DNA from: Candidatus Anderseniibacteriota bacterium | GTDB lineage: Bacteria > Patescibacteriota > Andersenbacteria > UBA10190 | Reading direction: 5' to 3' | Length of the DNA stretch: 64,000 nucleotides | NCBI GenBank assembly: GCA_035288905.1 | Contig: DATDYZ010000001.1 | Location: forward strand, 19,172 to 83,171 | Shown: positions 18,596-28,849 of the stretch, in pieces | Position numbering within the stretch: the first letter of the stretch is position 1 | How the letters are laid out: each line of letters opens with the position of its first letter | The notes under the pieces: generated by a model | The model's database searches: none | Seen by the model: only the letters and a program-made list of their open reading frames with translations | What the model was told of the DNA's origin: nothing | Made by a program: the position numbers and the translations under genes

Positions 18596-19626
18596 TACAG
18601 AATCGTTTCGGGTAAACTTTGCTCTCGCAAGAACACCGCGGCGTCTTCTGGTAGCATGGTATTTATCTCTATTCCCGTTCCTAGTTCAAAACCTGCATAC
18701 GTAGAAAGACGAGGCATAATGGCGATGTGCCAGCGAAAATGTTGAAAGAGGCTTTTGTCGCATACAAACCCCGTTTCATCACATGGCGCAGAATGAATGT
18801 AGTAGTTATACGGCGGATCATTCAGCCCGGTATACATTTTGCCAAGTACTTGCTGGAGTGCCTGTGCAAGTGCGCTGCGCTCTGATGGGCCAATATCTTC
18901 AAAAAACGGATTAGACTGCCTTGGCATAATCCATGTTTCAAACGGTACTCGGGAAGCGTATGGGCAAAATGCTGTAAAATATTCATTTTCAAAGACTATT
19001 CTTTTTTTATGTTCACGTTCATAATCCAGGATTATAGTAAACGCTTTTTCTCCGTGCTTTTTTGCGTATCTTTCTGTTCCGTGAAGCAAATCTGCAATAT
19101 CGCTGGGGAGTACAGGGACGGAAAATATTTGGTGATGAGGATGTTCGAGCGAGGCACCCGCTTCTCTTCCGTGATTTTTAATGATTTGAATATAGTTTAC
19201 GGCAGGTAATGATTTGAGCTGGCGATACCGAAGCACAAGCGCTTCTAGTTCTAGTTCAATAATGTGCTGATCTACGGTCGCATCGTTTTGATTGTGGTAG
19301 CGGGTGGCAAGTAATTCATGGTGACCCACAGCATTGGTTGCAAGGTACGGACCTTCTTTCCATGAACGAAATTCTTCGCTTGGTATAAATGCAGGGTATT
19401 TGTTTTGGAATATATGCATCTGCCACGTAGCGTCCGCGTCGGGAAGTCGCAAAATATCTGGTTCTTGCGGAAACTTTGCCAGGTTGCAAAACGGACAATC
19501 ATTTTTGTATCGTTCTTGGGAATGGCGAAGAGATTTTTCTTTCGAAAAAGAATCAGGCCGTTTTGCACGCTCTGTAGCAATAGCGACCCATTTTTCCGTT
19601 ATAGGGTTTTGGCGAAGCTCACCCAT
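18595..19626 (-). CDS. galT: Galactose-1-phosphate uridylyltransferase (HIT family)
   Basis: CPFC zinc motif, HPHHQIF (the HxHxQ active site) and two HIT-like halves. Confidence 0.85.
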   Translation of the reverse strand: MGELRQNPITEKWVAIATERAKRPDSFSKEKSLRHSQERYKNDCPFCNLAKFPQEPDILRLPDADATWQMHIFQNKYPAFIPSEEFRSWKEGPYLATNAVGHHELLATRYHNQNDATVDQHIIELELEALVLRYRQLKSLPAVNYIQIIKNHGREAGASLEHPHHQIFSVPVLPSDIADLLHGTERYAKKHGEKAFTIILDYEREHKKRIVFENEYFTAFCPYASRVPFETWIMPRQSNPFFEDIGPSERSALAQALQQVLGKMYTGLNDPPYNYYIHSAPCDETGFVCDKSLFQHFRWHIAIMPRLSTYAGFELGTGIEINTMLPEDAAVFLREQSLPETIL

Positions 19627-20353
19627 TATATATGCCCTTTGTCATATTTAGGCGTACTTGAACCACTTCTTTGAGAACTTCCAGGTATGCGCTTCCTGAT
19701 ACTTTGCTGTTTGGGTCGTTGATCCATCGCACGGGTTGTTCTGAAATTTTATATCCTTTCATTCTGGCAACAGCTAAAGCCTCTACATCAAATCCCCAGC
19801 GGTCTATGGTGAGATACGGGAACACGGCGTCGGACGCTTTTTTTGTAAACAATTTAAAACCAGCCTGGGTGTCTTTAATGCCTGGAACTGCCCAGAACTG
19901 GATCCATATATTACCTAAATCTCCTAACAGTTCTTTCCATTTTGGTTGGTGTACAGAAATTTCCGCTCCAGCAACATCGCGAGAACCTATAACAACATCG
20001 AACCCTTGCGCAACAAGTGGAATAAACTTTTCTGCATGCTCAATGCCAGTGGAATTATCTGCATCCATAAATATACGTATTTCTCCTTGCACGTGGGTCA
20101 TGCCGTATCGTACTGCATAGCCCTTGCCTTTGTTACCCCCATAATGCAAGAGACGAACGCGCGGATCTTCTATACCCATGCTTCGTACAATATCCGCAGT
20201 CTTGTCACTTGATCCGTCATTTACTACAGCAATTTCCCATGTGTACGGCTGCTTTTTTAAATATCCGATTGTTGCTCGCAGCGTGTGAGGTAGTCGCTTC
20301 TCTTCGTTATACGCAGGGATAACAACCGAAAGATACGGTAAGGGATTGTTCAT
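19619..20353 (-). CDS. GT2 family glycosyltransferase (polyprenyl-phosphate hexosyltransferase-like, no TM tail)
   Basis: LSVVIPAYNEE and VVNDGSSDKT..., plus a DAD motif in FMDADNS. Confidence 0.8.
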   Translation of the reverse strand: MNNPLPYLSVVIPAYNEEKRLPHTLRATIGYLKKQPYTWEIAVVNDGSSDKTADIVRSMGIEDPRVRLLHYGGNKGKGYAVRYGMTHVQGEIRIFMDADNSTGIEHAEKFIPLVAQGFDVVIGSRDVAGAEISVHQPKWKELLGDLGNIWIQFWAVPGIKDTQAGFKLFTKKASDAVFPYLTIDRWGFDVEALAVARMKGYKISEQPVRWINDPNSKVSGSAYLEVLKEVVQVRLNMTKGIYNG

Positions 20354-20381
20354 ATCGATAGTATACCATACACTGAAGGAG

Positions 20382-21155
20382 ATGGATAAATTGCCGCTTG
20401 TTATTGGAAATTGGAAGATGGAGCTTTCTCATAAATCTGCTGGTGAGGTTTCAAGTGCGCTAAAAAAGATGATGCTTGCGGTAACATACCGAGCAGACGT
20501 TGTAGTGTGCCCATCGTTTCCGTCCCTTGTGGCCGTATGTGATATGTTACAGGGTTCTCCTGTTGCTGTGGGTGCACAAAACGTGCATCACGAAGAAAAG
20601 GGAGCATTTACTGGAAGTGTTTCGGTAGGTCAGCTGCGTGAATTTATTACGTGGTGTATTGTTGGGCATTCTGAAGTGCGAGCGTCTCAGGGTGATACAG
20701 ATACTCTTGTTGCTCAAAAGGCAAACTTGCTGCTATCGCACGGAATTCGCCCTATTGTATGTATTGGGGAAACACAAGAACAGCACGAGAACGAAAAGAC
20801 GATTTCTACTATTTCTGCTCAGATAGACGTATTACTTGCCAGTCTTGACCGTGTTGCATTACTTAAGACTGCAATTACATATGAACCAATATGGGCAATC
20901 GGGACAGGTAAAATGCCTGAACCAAACGAGGTATACGAAGTCTTACTCTTGATACGCAAGCGTATCGCAGAGCATTTTGATATAGACTTGGCAGATAGAG
21001 TACATTTGCTGTATGGCGGAAGTGTGCAACCCAGTACGGTAAGCCCTTATATTGGGGGGCCAGGGGCAGATGGAGTTCTGGTGGGCGGAGCGTCACTGCA
21101 TCCAAGAGATTTTATCGATATTATTTCTCAAGTTTCTGTTGCATATGCTCGCTAA
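20382..21155 (+). CDS. tpiA: Triosephosphate isomerase
   Basis: IGNWKM, GHSEVR, AYEPIWAIGTG and YGGSV. Confidence 0.9.
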   Translation: MDKLPLVIGNWKMELSHKSAGEVSSALKKMMLAVTYRADVVVCPSFPSLVAVCDMLQGSPVAVGAQNVHHEEKGAFTGSVSVGQLREFITWCIVGHSEVRASQGDTDTLVAQKANLLLSHGIRPIVCIGETQEQHENEKTISTISAQIDVLLASLDRVALLKTAITYEPIWAIGTGKMPEPNEVYEVLLLIRKRIAEHFDIDLADRVHLLYGGSVQPSTVSPYIGGPGADGVLVGGASLHPRDFIDIISQVSVAYAR

Positions 21156-22017
21156 ACCAGACAACATTCTTTTACATGCAATGCAGGCAGAGTATGCTGT
21201 AGGTGCCTTTAATGTTTCTACTATGGAAATTGCACAGGCAGTTGTGCGTGCTGCTGTTGCAAAACAGTCTCCGGTCATTATACAAACATCAGAGGGTGCA
21301 ATAGAATACGCTGGATTGTCTATGATTTCAGGAATCATGCGCATCCTTGCAGAAGAAGCTGCGGTACCAGTTATTATGCATTTAGATCATGGAAAAAAGT
21401 TTGAAACCGTGAAGCGTTGTATTGCATCTGGGTATACGTCAGTAATGATCGATAATTCTAAGCTACCATTTGCGGAAAATATTGCGAAAACGGCGGAAGT
21501 TGTAGCATATGCGCATGAGCACGGAGTATGGGTTGAGGCAGAACTGGGTGCGATAGTTGGAAAAGAAGGTATTAAAGATTTGCACGGTGGCGCAACTCCG
21601 GATGCTTTTTTAACAAATCCGGAACAAGCAGCAGAATTTGTTGAACGTACGAAGATAGATAGTCTTGCAGTTTCTGTTGGAACTATTCATGGAGAGTTTT
21701 CAGGGCAAGAATATATCCGATTTGCATTGCTTGCAGAAGTACAAAAGGCCATACCTCGTACTCCGCTGGTTTTACACGGTGCATCTGGTATTGGCAACGA
21801 GGACTTACGGAAAGCATGTGCGTATCATGTAAGTAAAGTAAATGTAGATACCGAGCTTCGCGTGGCGTTTGAAAAAGCTGTCGGTGAATACTTTACCATT
21901 GCACACGATTCATATGACCCAAGGAGTATTGTGGGCCCGGCACGAGACGCAATGCAAAAGGTAGTAGAAGACAAAATAGATACACTTGGCTCATCTGGCA
22001 CATCTGCGATATACTAA
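21145..22017 (+). CDS. fba: Class II fructose/tagatose-bisphosphate aldolase
   Basis: GAFNV, HLDHG and a LHGASG motif. Trimmed from track ORF 21052. Confidence 0.87.
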   Translation: MLAKPDNILLHAMQAEYAVGAFNVSTMEIAQAVVRAAVAKQSPVIIQTSEGAIEYAGLSMISGIMRILAEEAAVPVIMHLDHGKKFETVKRCIASGYTSVMIDNSKLPFAENIAKTAEVVAYAHEHGVWVEAELGAIVGKEGIKDLHGGATPDAFLTNPEQAAEFVERTKIDSLAVSVGTIHGEFSGQEYIRFALLAEVQKAIPRTPLVLHGASGIGNEDLRKACAYHVSKVNVDTELRVAFEKAVGEYFTIAHDSYDPRSIVGPARDAMQKVVEDKIDTLGSSGTSAIY

Positions 22018-22022
22018 GCAGC

Positions 22023-23003
22023 ATGGACGTACTTGCTATTGGAGATACTACGGAAGATATTTTTCTTCAAATGCATGATGCAAGTTTGCAGTGCAATGTG
22101 GATGGGAAGAAATGTATGATTTGTTTCGATTTCGGTGAAAAAATAGCAGTCGAAGGTAAGATTGTTATTTCTGGGGTTGGAAATGCGGCGAACCATGCAA
22201 TCGGTATTGCTCGTCTTGGACATAGCTCGGGAATATACACCGTTGTCGGAGACGACACAGAGGGGCACGAAGCAAAAAAGATATTAGAAAAAAATGGTGT
22301 AGACGTGTCGAACGTAGTATTTGATACCGAACATGGAACGAATTTATCTGTTGTTATTAATTTTAAGTCTGAGCGTACTATATTGGTGTATCATGAACCC
22401 CGTACGTATGAATTACCGAGCAACGTTTCGCCGAAGTGGCTATATCTTACATCTGCATCTGGAGATGGCGTAAAAAATCTGCATGACCAGGTATTGCAGC
22501 TTTTGGAAAAAAACAAAGAGACAAAACTGGCGTTCAATCCTGGTACTCATCAAATAAATCTTGGAAAAGAAGAGTTATTGCCGCTTCTGAAAAAGACAGA
22601 ACTATTATTTTTAAACCGTGAAGAAGCCGCGCGGGTTTTAGAAATTGAGACAACTGATGTGCATACTCTTATTTATGGTTTTCATGCAATTGGCGTACCG
22701 ACGGTAGTACTCACTGATGGCCCCAAAGGTGCATATGCATCTAATGGAAAAAACATATATTACCTTCCTATTTACCCAGGAAAAGAAGTGGAACGCACGG
22801 GCGCTGGGGACGCATATGGGTCAGGATTTTTAGCAGGAATACTGCACGGCAAGGGAATTTCAGAGGCGATGCAATGGGGTAACGCGAATGCTACGTCTGT
22901 TGTAATGTATGTAGGTGCGCGGGAAGGGTTGCTTGAACAAGAGGCTCTTCTTCATATGATTCAAGAATTTTCAACTATTAAACCAACACATTATGTCAAT
23001 TAA
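22023..23003 (+). CDS. PfkB-family carbohydrate kinase (candidate phosphofructokinase/ribokinase-like), lying within the glycolytic cluster
   Basis: GG..N.A and the C-terminal GAGDAYGSGFLAG anion-hole motif. Confidence 0.75.
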   Translation: MDVLAIGDTTEDIFLQMHDASLQCNVDGKKCMICFDFGEKIAVEGKIVISGVGNAANHAIGIARLGHSSGIYTVVGDDTEGHEAKKILEKNGVDVSNVVFDTEHGTNLSVVINFKSERTILVYHEPRTYELPSNVSPKWLYLTSASGDGVKNLHDQVLQLLEKNKETKLAFNPGTHQINLGKEELLPLLKKTELLFLNREEAARVLEIETTDVHTLIYGFHAIGVPTVVLTDGPKGAYASNGKNIYYLPIYPGKEVERTGAGDAYGSGFLAGILHGKGISEAMQWGNANATSVVMYVGAREGLLEQEALLHMIQEFSTIKPTHYVN

Positions 23004-24000
23004 GATTGCAATTAATGGATTTGGAAGAATCGGGCGCGCAGCGTGTAAGATAGCGCTTGCTCATGACGATGCTCATATTGTGGCTATTAACGACTTAGGC
23101 GATATCGATAACCTTGCGTATCTGCTCAAGTATGATTCTGTATATGGCAGGTATGGAAGCACCGTAACAGTAGAGGGTCGTGAACTGGTGATTGGGAAAA
23201 AACGCATTACGGTATTGCAAGAAAAAGACCCCCTCAATTTGCCATGGAAAGATATGGGAATTGATGTTGTTATTGAATCTACTGGATTTTTTACTGATAA
23301 AGAAGGGGCGGAAAAACATATTACTGCAGGCGCAAAGCACGTTGTTATATCTGCTCCTACAAAAAGTGATGATGTGCCAACCGTTGTAATGGGGGTAAAC
23401 GACCATAAACTCAAAGGCGCAGGGATTGTATCGAATGCATCGTGTACTACAAATTCCGCTGCTCCGGTAATGGCAGTTCTCCACAGCGTATTTGGAGTTG
23501 AAAAGGCTTTACTTACAACTGCACATGCATATACTGCAACTCAAAGTATTGTGGACGGCCCTGGTGGAAAAGGAGATTTTCGAAGAGGCAGAGCTGCAGC
23601 TCAGAATATCGTACCTGCTTCGACTGGCGCGGCTATAGCAGCAACGCTCGCAATTCCGGAACTACAAGGAAAATTTGATGGCATATCGCTTCGCGTTCCA
23701 GTTCCGGTGGTTTCCATATCTGACATAACGTGTGTGCTTTCTAGGAATGTAACAGTTGAAGAAGTGAATCAGGCATTTACAGATGCGGTGGATAATCCAG
23801 CGTACCAGGGTATTATTGCGGTTACGGAAGACCCGGTAGTCTCAAGCGATTTTATCGGTGATCCGCATTCTGCAATTATCGATTTGCCACTCACGCGCGT
23901 AGTGGGGGGCAATTTGATAAAAGTCTTGGCATGGTACGATAACGAGTGGGGATATTCTAATCGACTTGTTGAGCAGGTGCTTGGAATAGGCAACATGTAA
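22993..24000 (+). CDS. gap: Glyceraldehyde-3-phosphate dehydrogenase
   Basis: INGFGRIGR, SNASCTTN and WYDNEWGYS. Confidence 0.95.
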   Translation: MSIKIAINGFGRIGRAACKIALAHDDAHIVAINDLGDIDNLAYLLKYDSVYGRYGSTVTVEGRELVIGKKRITVLQEKDPLNLPWKDMGIDVVIESTGFFTDKEGAEKHITAGAKHVVISAPTKSDDVPTVVMGVNDHKLKGAGIVSNASCTTNSAAPVMAVLHSVFGVEKALLTTAHAYTATQSIVDGPGGKGDFRRGRAAAQNIVPASTGAAIAATLAIPELQGKFDGISLRVPVPVVSISDITCVLSRNVTVEEVNQAFTDAVDNPAYQGIIAVTEDPVVSSDFIGDPHSAIIDLPLTRVVGGNLIKVLAWYDNEWGYSNRLVEQVLGIGNM

Positions 24001-24003
24001 TAT

Positions 24004-25179
24004 ATGAGTCCTCTTCGAACCATGGACGACGTATTACTTGACGGCAAGCGCGTGATTGTGCGTGTGGATTTTAATGTCACGGCAGGTGAAGACGGCAAAG
24101 TTGATGATTCGGAAGATTATCGGATACAAGCCGCACTTCCTACTATCCAGGAACTGAGACAAAAGCGATGCAAGGTGCTCTTACTCGCACACTTGGGTCG
24201 CCCCGGAGAAGAGGAGAGTATCCTTTCTATGGATGAGGTTCATAGACGTTTACAAGATCTTCTTCATGACGATGTTCGCATGCTTCCAAAGCTCTACGGA
24301 TCGCAAGTGGAATCTATTGTGCAAGGAATGGAACAAGGAGATATTGCCTTGTTCCCTAATGTTCGTCTTGATGATCGAGAGGTTACGTTAAATCAAAAAT
24401 TTGCAGAAGAACTCGCTGCTATGGGCGATGCGTATGTAAATGAAGCATTTAGCGCCAGCCACCGTGCACACACTTCTATTGTATTGCTTCCTCAACTCCT
24501 CACCAGCGCTGCAGGTCGACGGACAGTTCAAGAGGTAGATGTATTAACTTCGCTTCGTGTAACAGCAGAACGGCCCTATGTTGCCATCGTTAGCGGTGGG
24601 AAAATTACTACAAAAATTGGTATTTTAGAATATTTACTTTCAACGGTTGACAAGATGTGCTTGGGTGGAAAAATTGGAAACGTATTTTTGGCATCTCAAG
24701 GCAAATGGCCCGACACGATGTTTACTCCAGATGAACTAGCCGTTGCGAAACACATTGTAGAAAAATATGGAGAAAAAATAGTGTTGCCAATCGACGTGGT
24801 TGTCGGAAATGATGATGGAACATATACCCAAATCATAGACGTTTCATATGTTCCCGAACATGTTGGTGGGGTGTGGGATATTGGTCCGAAATCTGTGGCT
24901 GCTTTTTTAAAAACATGTGAAGGTGCCAAGACAATTGTTTGGAATGGGCCTGTGGGGCGTGTGGAAACACGTGCATACGCCGTTGGGAGCGCAGCTCTTG
25001 TAGAAGGACTTGCAACACATTCAGGCAATCGTATTGTTGGTGGAGGAGATACGGTTAATATGCTAGAAAAAATGAAAAAAGTTGATTCATTCAACCATGT
25101 TTCCATCGGAGGCGGAGCGATGCTGGAATTTTTGGAAGGAAAGCGACTGCCTGGGCTTGTTGCACTTGCTGCGCCGTAA
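24004..25179 (+). CDS. pgk: Phosphoglycerate kinase
   Basis: RVDFNVP-like N-terminus, and GGGDT and NGPVG motifs. Confidence 0.95.
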   Translation: MSPLRTMDDVLLDGKRVIVRVDFNVTAGEDGKVDDSEDYRIQAALPTIQELRQKRCKVLLLAHLGRPGEEESILSMDEVHRRLQDLLHDDVRMLPKLYGSQVESIVQGMEQGDIALFPNVRLDDREVTLNQKFAEELAAMGDAYVNEAFSASHRAHTSIVLLPQLLTSAAGRRTVQEVDVLTSLRVTAERPYVAIVSGGKITTKIGILEYLLSTVDKMCLGGKIGNVFLASQGKWPDTMFTPDELAVAKHIVEKYGEKIVLPIDVVVGNDDGTYTQIIDVSYVPEHVGGVWDIGPKSVAAFLKTCEGAKTIVWNGPVGRVETRAYAVGSAALVEGLATHSGNRIVGGGDTVNMLEKMKKVDSFNHVSIGGGAMLEFLEGKRLPGLVALAAP

Positions 25180-25192
25180 TAGGTTTTTTCGC

Positions 25193-26545
25193 ATGGCAAA
25201 AATACAAAAAGTTATTGGCAGGGAGGTTATAGATTCTCGCGGGATGCCTACGGTGCAGGCTACGGTGCTATGTGAAGGGGGAATACAAGGGTCGGCAATG
25301 GTTCCTTCCGGCGCTTCTACAGGAACGCATGAGGCAGTTGAACTGCGGGATGGTGATGAAAAACGATACAACGGCAAAGGAGTATTAACTGCAGTGTCTC
25401 ATGTAAATACGGAAATTAATGCGGCACTATTTGGGCAAGATACAGCGAACCAATCCAAAATAGATAGGCGTATGATGGAGCTCGATGGAACACCAAGTAA
25501 GGGAAAACTGGGTGCAAACGCAATTCTTGCAGTGTCGCTCGCATGTGCTCGGGCTGAAGCGCGCTCTCAAGGGTTACCACTCTATCTATACCTTACCCAG
25601 CTGTTTCCAAAACGAAAACCTTTGATGCCAGTACCGCAAATGAATCTCATTAATGGTGGAAGGCATGCAAGTAACGGACTTTCTGTTCAAGAATTTCATA
25701 TCTTGCCGGTTGGAGCGCAAAGTTTTGCTATTGCTCTTCGGATGGGAGTTGAAATACATCACGCACTCAAGGCGTTACTAGTTTCAGAAGGGTTCCAAAC
25801 AGAAGTTGGAGATGAGGGAGGTTTTGCACCAAAACTTTCAAAGAGCGAGGATGTATTTATGTTTATGATCCGTGCCATTGAGGATGCGGGGTATATTCCG
25901 GGGGTAGATGTATATCTTGGTCTCGATGTTGCTGCCTCAGAATTTTATGATTCGGAACGGGAAGGGTACATGATCGACAAAGCATTTCTTCAAGTTAATG
26001 ATTTAGCTTTTCAATATAAGACGTGGAGAGAGCGCTACCCTATTATTTCTATTGAAGATCCATTTGAGCAAGACGCTTTTTCTGATTGGAAGGAGTTTTT
26101 AGCAGGAAGTAAAAATGCATTGCAAGTAGTTGGCGATGATCTCTACGCTACAAATACCACGAGAATTAAGCAAGGTATCGTAAACGAGGCTGCAAATTCC
26201 GTGCTTATAAAGCCAAATCAAATTGGGACACTTACGGAAACATTGCAAGCTATATTGATTACACAAGAAGCAGGACACAACGTCGTTATCTCACATCGTT
26301 CAGGAGAAACGGAAGATACTTTTATAGCTGATTTGGCAGTTGCTGTTGGTGCTGGACAAATAAAAACAGGTGCGCCTTCTAGGTCAGATAGGACAAGCAA
26401 ATATAATAGGCTTCTGCAAATAGAGGATGAAATCCATCCGCAAATGGGACACATGTTACAACGGTTTTTAGAAAATCAAACGTATCACTACAAACGCGCC
26501 GCAGAAGCTGTAACATTTACGCCGAGCAGAAATGTAGTCTTGTAG
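25193..26545 (+). CDS. eno: Enolase
   Basis: SGASTG.HEA.ELRDGD and IKPNQIGT, SHRSGETED. Trimmed from track ORF 25082. Confidence 0.95.
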   Translation: MAKIQKVIGREVIDSRGMPTVQATVLCEGGIQGSAMVPSGASTGTHEAVELRDGDEKRYNGKGVLTAVSHVNTEINAALFGQDTANQSKIDRRMMELDGTPSKGKLGANAILAVSLACARAEARSQGLPLYLYLTQLFPKRKPLMPVPQMNLINGGRHASNGLSVQEFHILPVGAQSFAIALRMGVEIHHALKALLVSEGFQTEVGDEGGFAPKLSKSEDVFMFMIRAIEDAGYIPGVDVYLGLDVAASEFYDSEREGYMIDKAFLQVNDLAFQYKTWRERYPIISIEDPFEQDAFSDWKEFLAGSKNALQVVGDDLYATNTTRIKQGIVNEAANSVLIKPNQIGTLTETLQAILITQEAGHNVVISHRSGETEDTFIADLAVAVGAGQIKTGAPSRSDRTSKYNRLLQIEDEIHPQMGHMLQRFLENQTYHYKRAAEAVTFTPSRNVVL

Positions 26546-26552
26546 GTACAAT

Positions 26553-28220
26553 ATGAAAAATGGGATTTGGAATATAGTTGCAGGGGATACTGTTATTGAG
26601 GATCAGGATGAATTGATTCGTGTGCTACTTCATAATCGCAACATCACCTCTGAGGGCAGCGAAGCTTTTTTTTCTTCTTCGTATATTCGTGATATTCATG
26701 ATCCATATGATTTGTATGATATGGAAAAAGCAGTGGAGCGCGTATATCGCGCAATAAAAAAGCAAGAAAGAATAGTTGTATATGGCGATTATGATGCAGA
26801 TGGTGTTACATCTACGGCAATTATGGTAGAAACACTTACTGCACTTGGTGCTCATGTATTTCCGTATTTGCCGCACAGGTACGATGATGGATACGGTTTA
26901 CATGGGAAAGTGTTGGAACAAATGCTCTCTGAATTTGAATTAGTAATCACTGTTGATTGTGGAGTGAGCAACCGGGAAGAAATAGCTATGCTACAAGCAG
27001 CTAAAAAAGACGTTATTATTGTTGACCATCACGAAATTCCTGAACAGCTTCCAGTTGCCTATGCAATTTTGCACCCACGGCATCCGAAAGGATTATATAG
27101 TTTTGGGCATCTGTGTGGGGCTGGTATGGCGTGGAAGTTTGCACAGGCATTGTTTCGCCATGCAGATTCTCTGTTTGCATCAGATCCTGATCGAGAAAAG
27201 TGGTTGCTTGATATTGTAATGATTGGGACTATTGCGGATGTAATGCCACTTGTTGGAGAAAATCGTGCCATTGTTCGATTTGGTAAAGATGTGTTACTAC
27301 GTACAAAGCATCCAGGAATTGCAGCACTACTGAAAGAATCTCGCATTAACGTATCAACGATAACTGCGGAAGATATTGCGTTTCGAATAGTGCCTTTGTT
27401 AAATGCCGCTGGGAGAATTGGCCACCCACAATCGGCTCTCAATGCGCTTATTGCGAAAACAAGCGATCAAGCAGATGCTGCAGTAAAAAAGCTAGTGCAG
27501 ATGAATAATGAGAGGCGGACACTGACAAAGAAAATGATGGATGAGGCGAATATCGAAATAGATCATAGTCTGCCGTTTGTGTTTATAGCTAATAGTAATT
27601 GGCCAGCAGGCATTGTTGGGCTTGTGGCTGGCCGCTTGGCTTCGCAGTTTGGAAAACCTGCATTTGTGGTAGGGGGGCATAGCTCACTATCACACTCTGT
27701 AGGGTCTGCACGGGGAGGCGGCAAAATAAACATTATGTCTGCGTTAGAAACAGTTCGCCACCATACTCTTAAGTTGGGCGGGCATAAGGCAGCAGCAGGG
27801 TTTTCTGTATTGCCCGAATATATAGATCGTATGAAACATGGGTTACGAGAGTATTTTGAATCTCAAGTATTAGAGCAGTCTCCGGTAGTTCATGAAGCCG
27901 ATGCTGTTATTTCTTCGCAACTTGTGTCGTGGGATACGGCGCGGGCACTTACAAAGTTTGAGCCGTTTGGTGAAGCGAACACAAGGCCATCTTTTGTTTT
28001 AAAGGGTTTGCGGCTTTTAGAGCGCAGAACGGTTGGGAAATCAAACGATCATATAAAGGCAAAACTTCTGGTAGGCGACCGTGAAATAGATGCAATAGGG
28101 TTTGGGCTCGGGGGGCAGGTACGTGTTCTTAAAAACACTGTAGACGTCTTGGCAAGTATAGGCGTAAATGAATTTCGTGGGCGAGAAAGCCTAGAGCTTC
28201 GTCTTACGGATATACGCTAA
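26553..28220 (+). CDS. recJ: Single-stranded-DNA-specific exonuclease RecJ (DHH/DHHA1)
   Basis: VYGDYDADGVTS, VDCG and DHH motifs. Confidence 0.87.
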   Translation: MKNGIWNIVAGDTVIEDQDELIRVLLHNRNITSEGSEAFFSSSYIRDIHDPYDLYDMEKAVERVYRAIKKQERIVVYGDYDADGVTSTAIMVETLTALGAHVFPYLPHRYDDGYGLHGKVLEQMLSEFELVITVDCGVSNREEIAMLQAAKKDVIIVDHHEIPEQLPVAYAILHPRHPKGLYSFGHLCGAGMAWKFAQALFRHADSLFASDPDREKWLLDIVMIGTIADVMPLVGENRAIVRFGKDVLLRTKHPGIAALLKESRINVSTITAEDIAFRIVPLLNAAGRIGHPQSALNALIAKTSDQADAAVKKLVQMNNERRTLTKKMMDEANIEIDHSLPFVFIANSNWPAGIVGLVAGRLASQFGKPAFVVGGHSSLSHSVGSARGGGKINIMSALETVRHHTLKLGGHKAAAGFSVLPEYIDRMKHGLREYFESQVLEQSPVVHEADAVISSQLVSWDTARALTKFEPFGEANTRPSFVLKGLRLLERRTVGKSNDHIKAKLLVGDREIDAIGFGLGGQVRVLKNTVDVLASIGVNEFRGRESLELRLTDIR

Positions 28221-28830
28221 TCATCATCAGGCCTGTCCCAATTGCAAGTCGTATTGCATGAGCGCGTGGTTCTTTTTGCACTACTGTAAAAAATTCAGTG
28301 AGTTTTTTGGCATGTGATAGGGTATTGTCCGCGATGATAATTCCATGCGGTGTAATTATTTGCATGGCATACTGAAAGTAGAGGGCATATTCTTCTTTGT
28401 TTGCATCGAGAAAAATGAAGTCGAAAGACGGAGGCTGTTTGTTTAGGTTGTCATTCCGGGCTTGCTTGCCGGCCATAGCCTTGGCGTCGGCTGGACCCGG
28501 AATCCACGCGCCTGGATCCCGGCTCGGGGGCCGGGATGACACTGCTAATTGCGACATGATTTCCACCGCATCTCCTTGTATCACCTCGATAGTTTCTGAT
28601 AATCCTTCTGTTGCAATATTTTCTTTTGCTAATTTCACTCGTTCGTCAAAAAATTCTATTGTCGTTATGTTTCCACCATAGAGAGATGCAACGTTTCCCA
28701 TAAGAATTGCTGAATATCCATTTGATGTACCAACCTCTAAAATATTCTTCGGTTTTTGTGCATGAATGAGAGCCTGGAGCACAGCGCCAGAATTTGGGTC
28801 AATATTCCAGTACTCATCTTGTGGTTTCAT
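28204..28830 (-). CDS. Class I SAM-dependent O-methyltransferase (CCoAOMT/YrrM-like) carrying an in-frame Family A repeat insertion
   Basis: ILEVGTSNGYS motif I and FDFIFLDANKEEY. Between them is VSSRPPSRDPGAWIPGPADAKAMAGKQARNDN, encoded by repeat A at 28450..28552. Confidence 0.8.
   Translation of the reverse strand: MKPQDEYWNIDPNSGAVLQALIHAQKPKNILEVGTSNGYSAILMGNVASLYGGNITTIEFFDERVKLAKENIATEGLSETIEVIQGDAVEIMSQLAVSSRPPSRDPGAWIPGPADAKAMAGKQARNDNLNKQPPSFDFIFLDANKEEYALYFQYAMQIITPHGIIIADNTLSHAKKLTEFFTVVQKEPRAHAIRLAIGTGLMMISVYP
28450..28552. repeat. Family A palindromic repeat (long form) inside the O-methyltransferase CDS
   Basis: GTCATTCCGGGC...CCGGCTCGGGGGCCGGGATGACAC. Confidence 0.8.
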
Positions 28831-28849
28831 TTGGTATACTACAAAGAAT

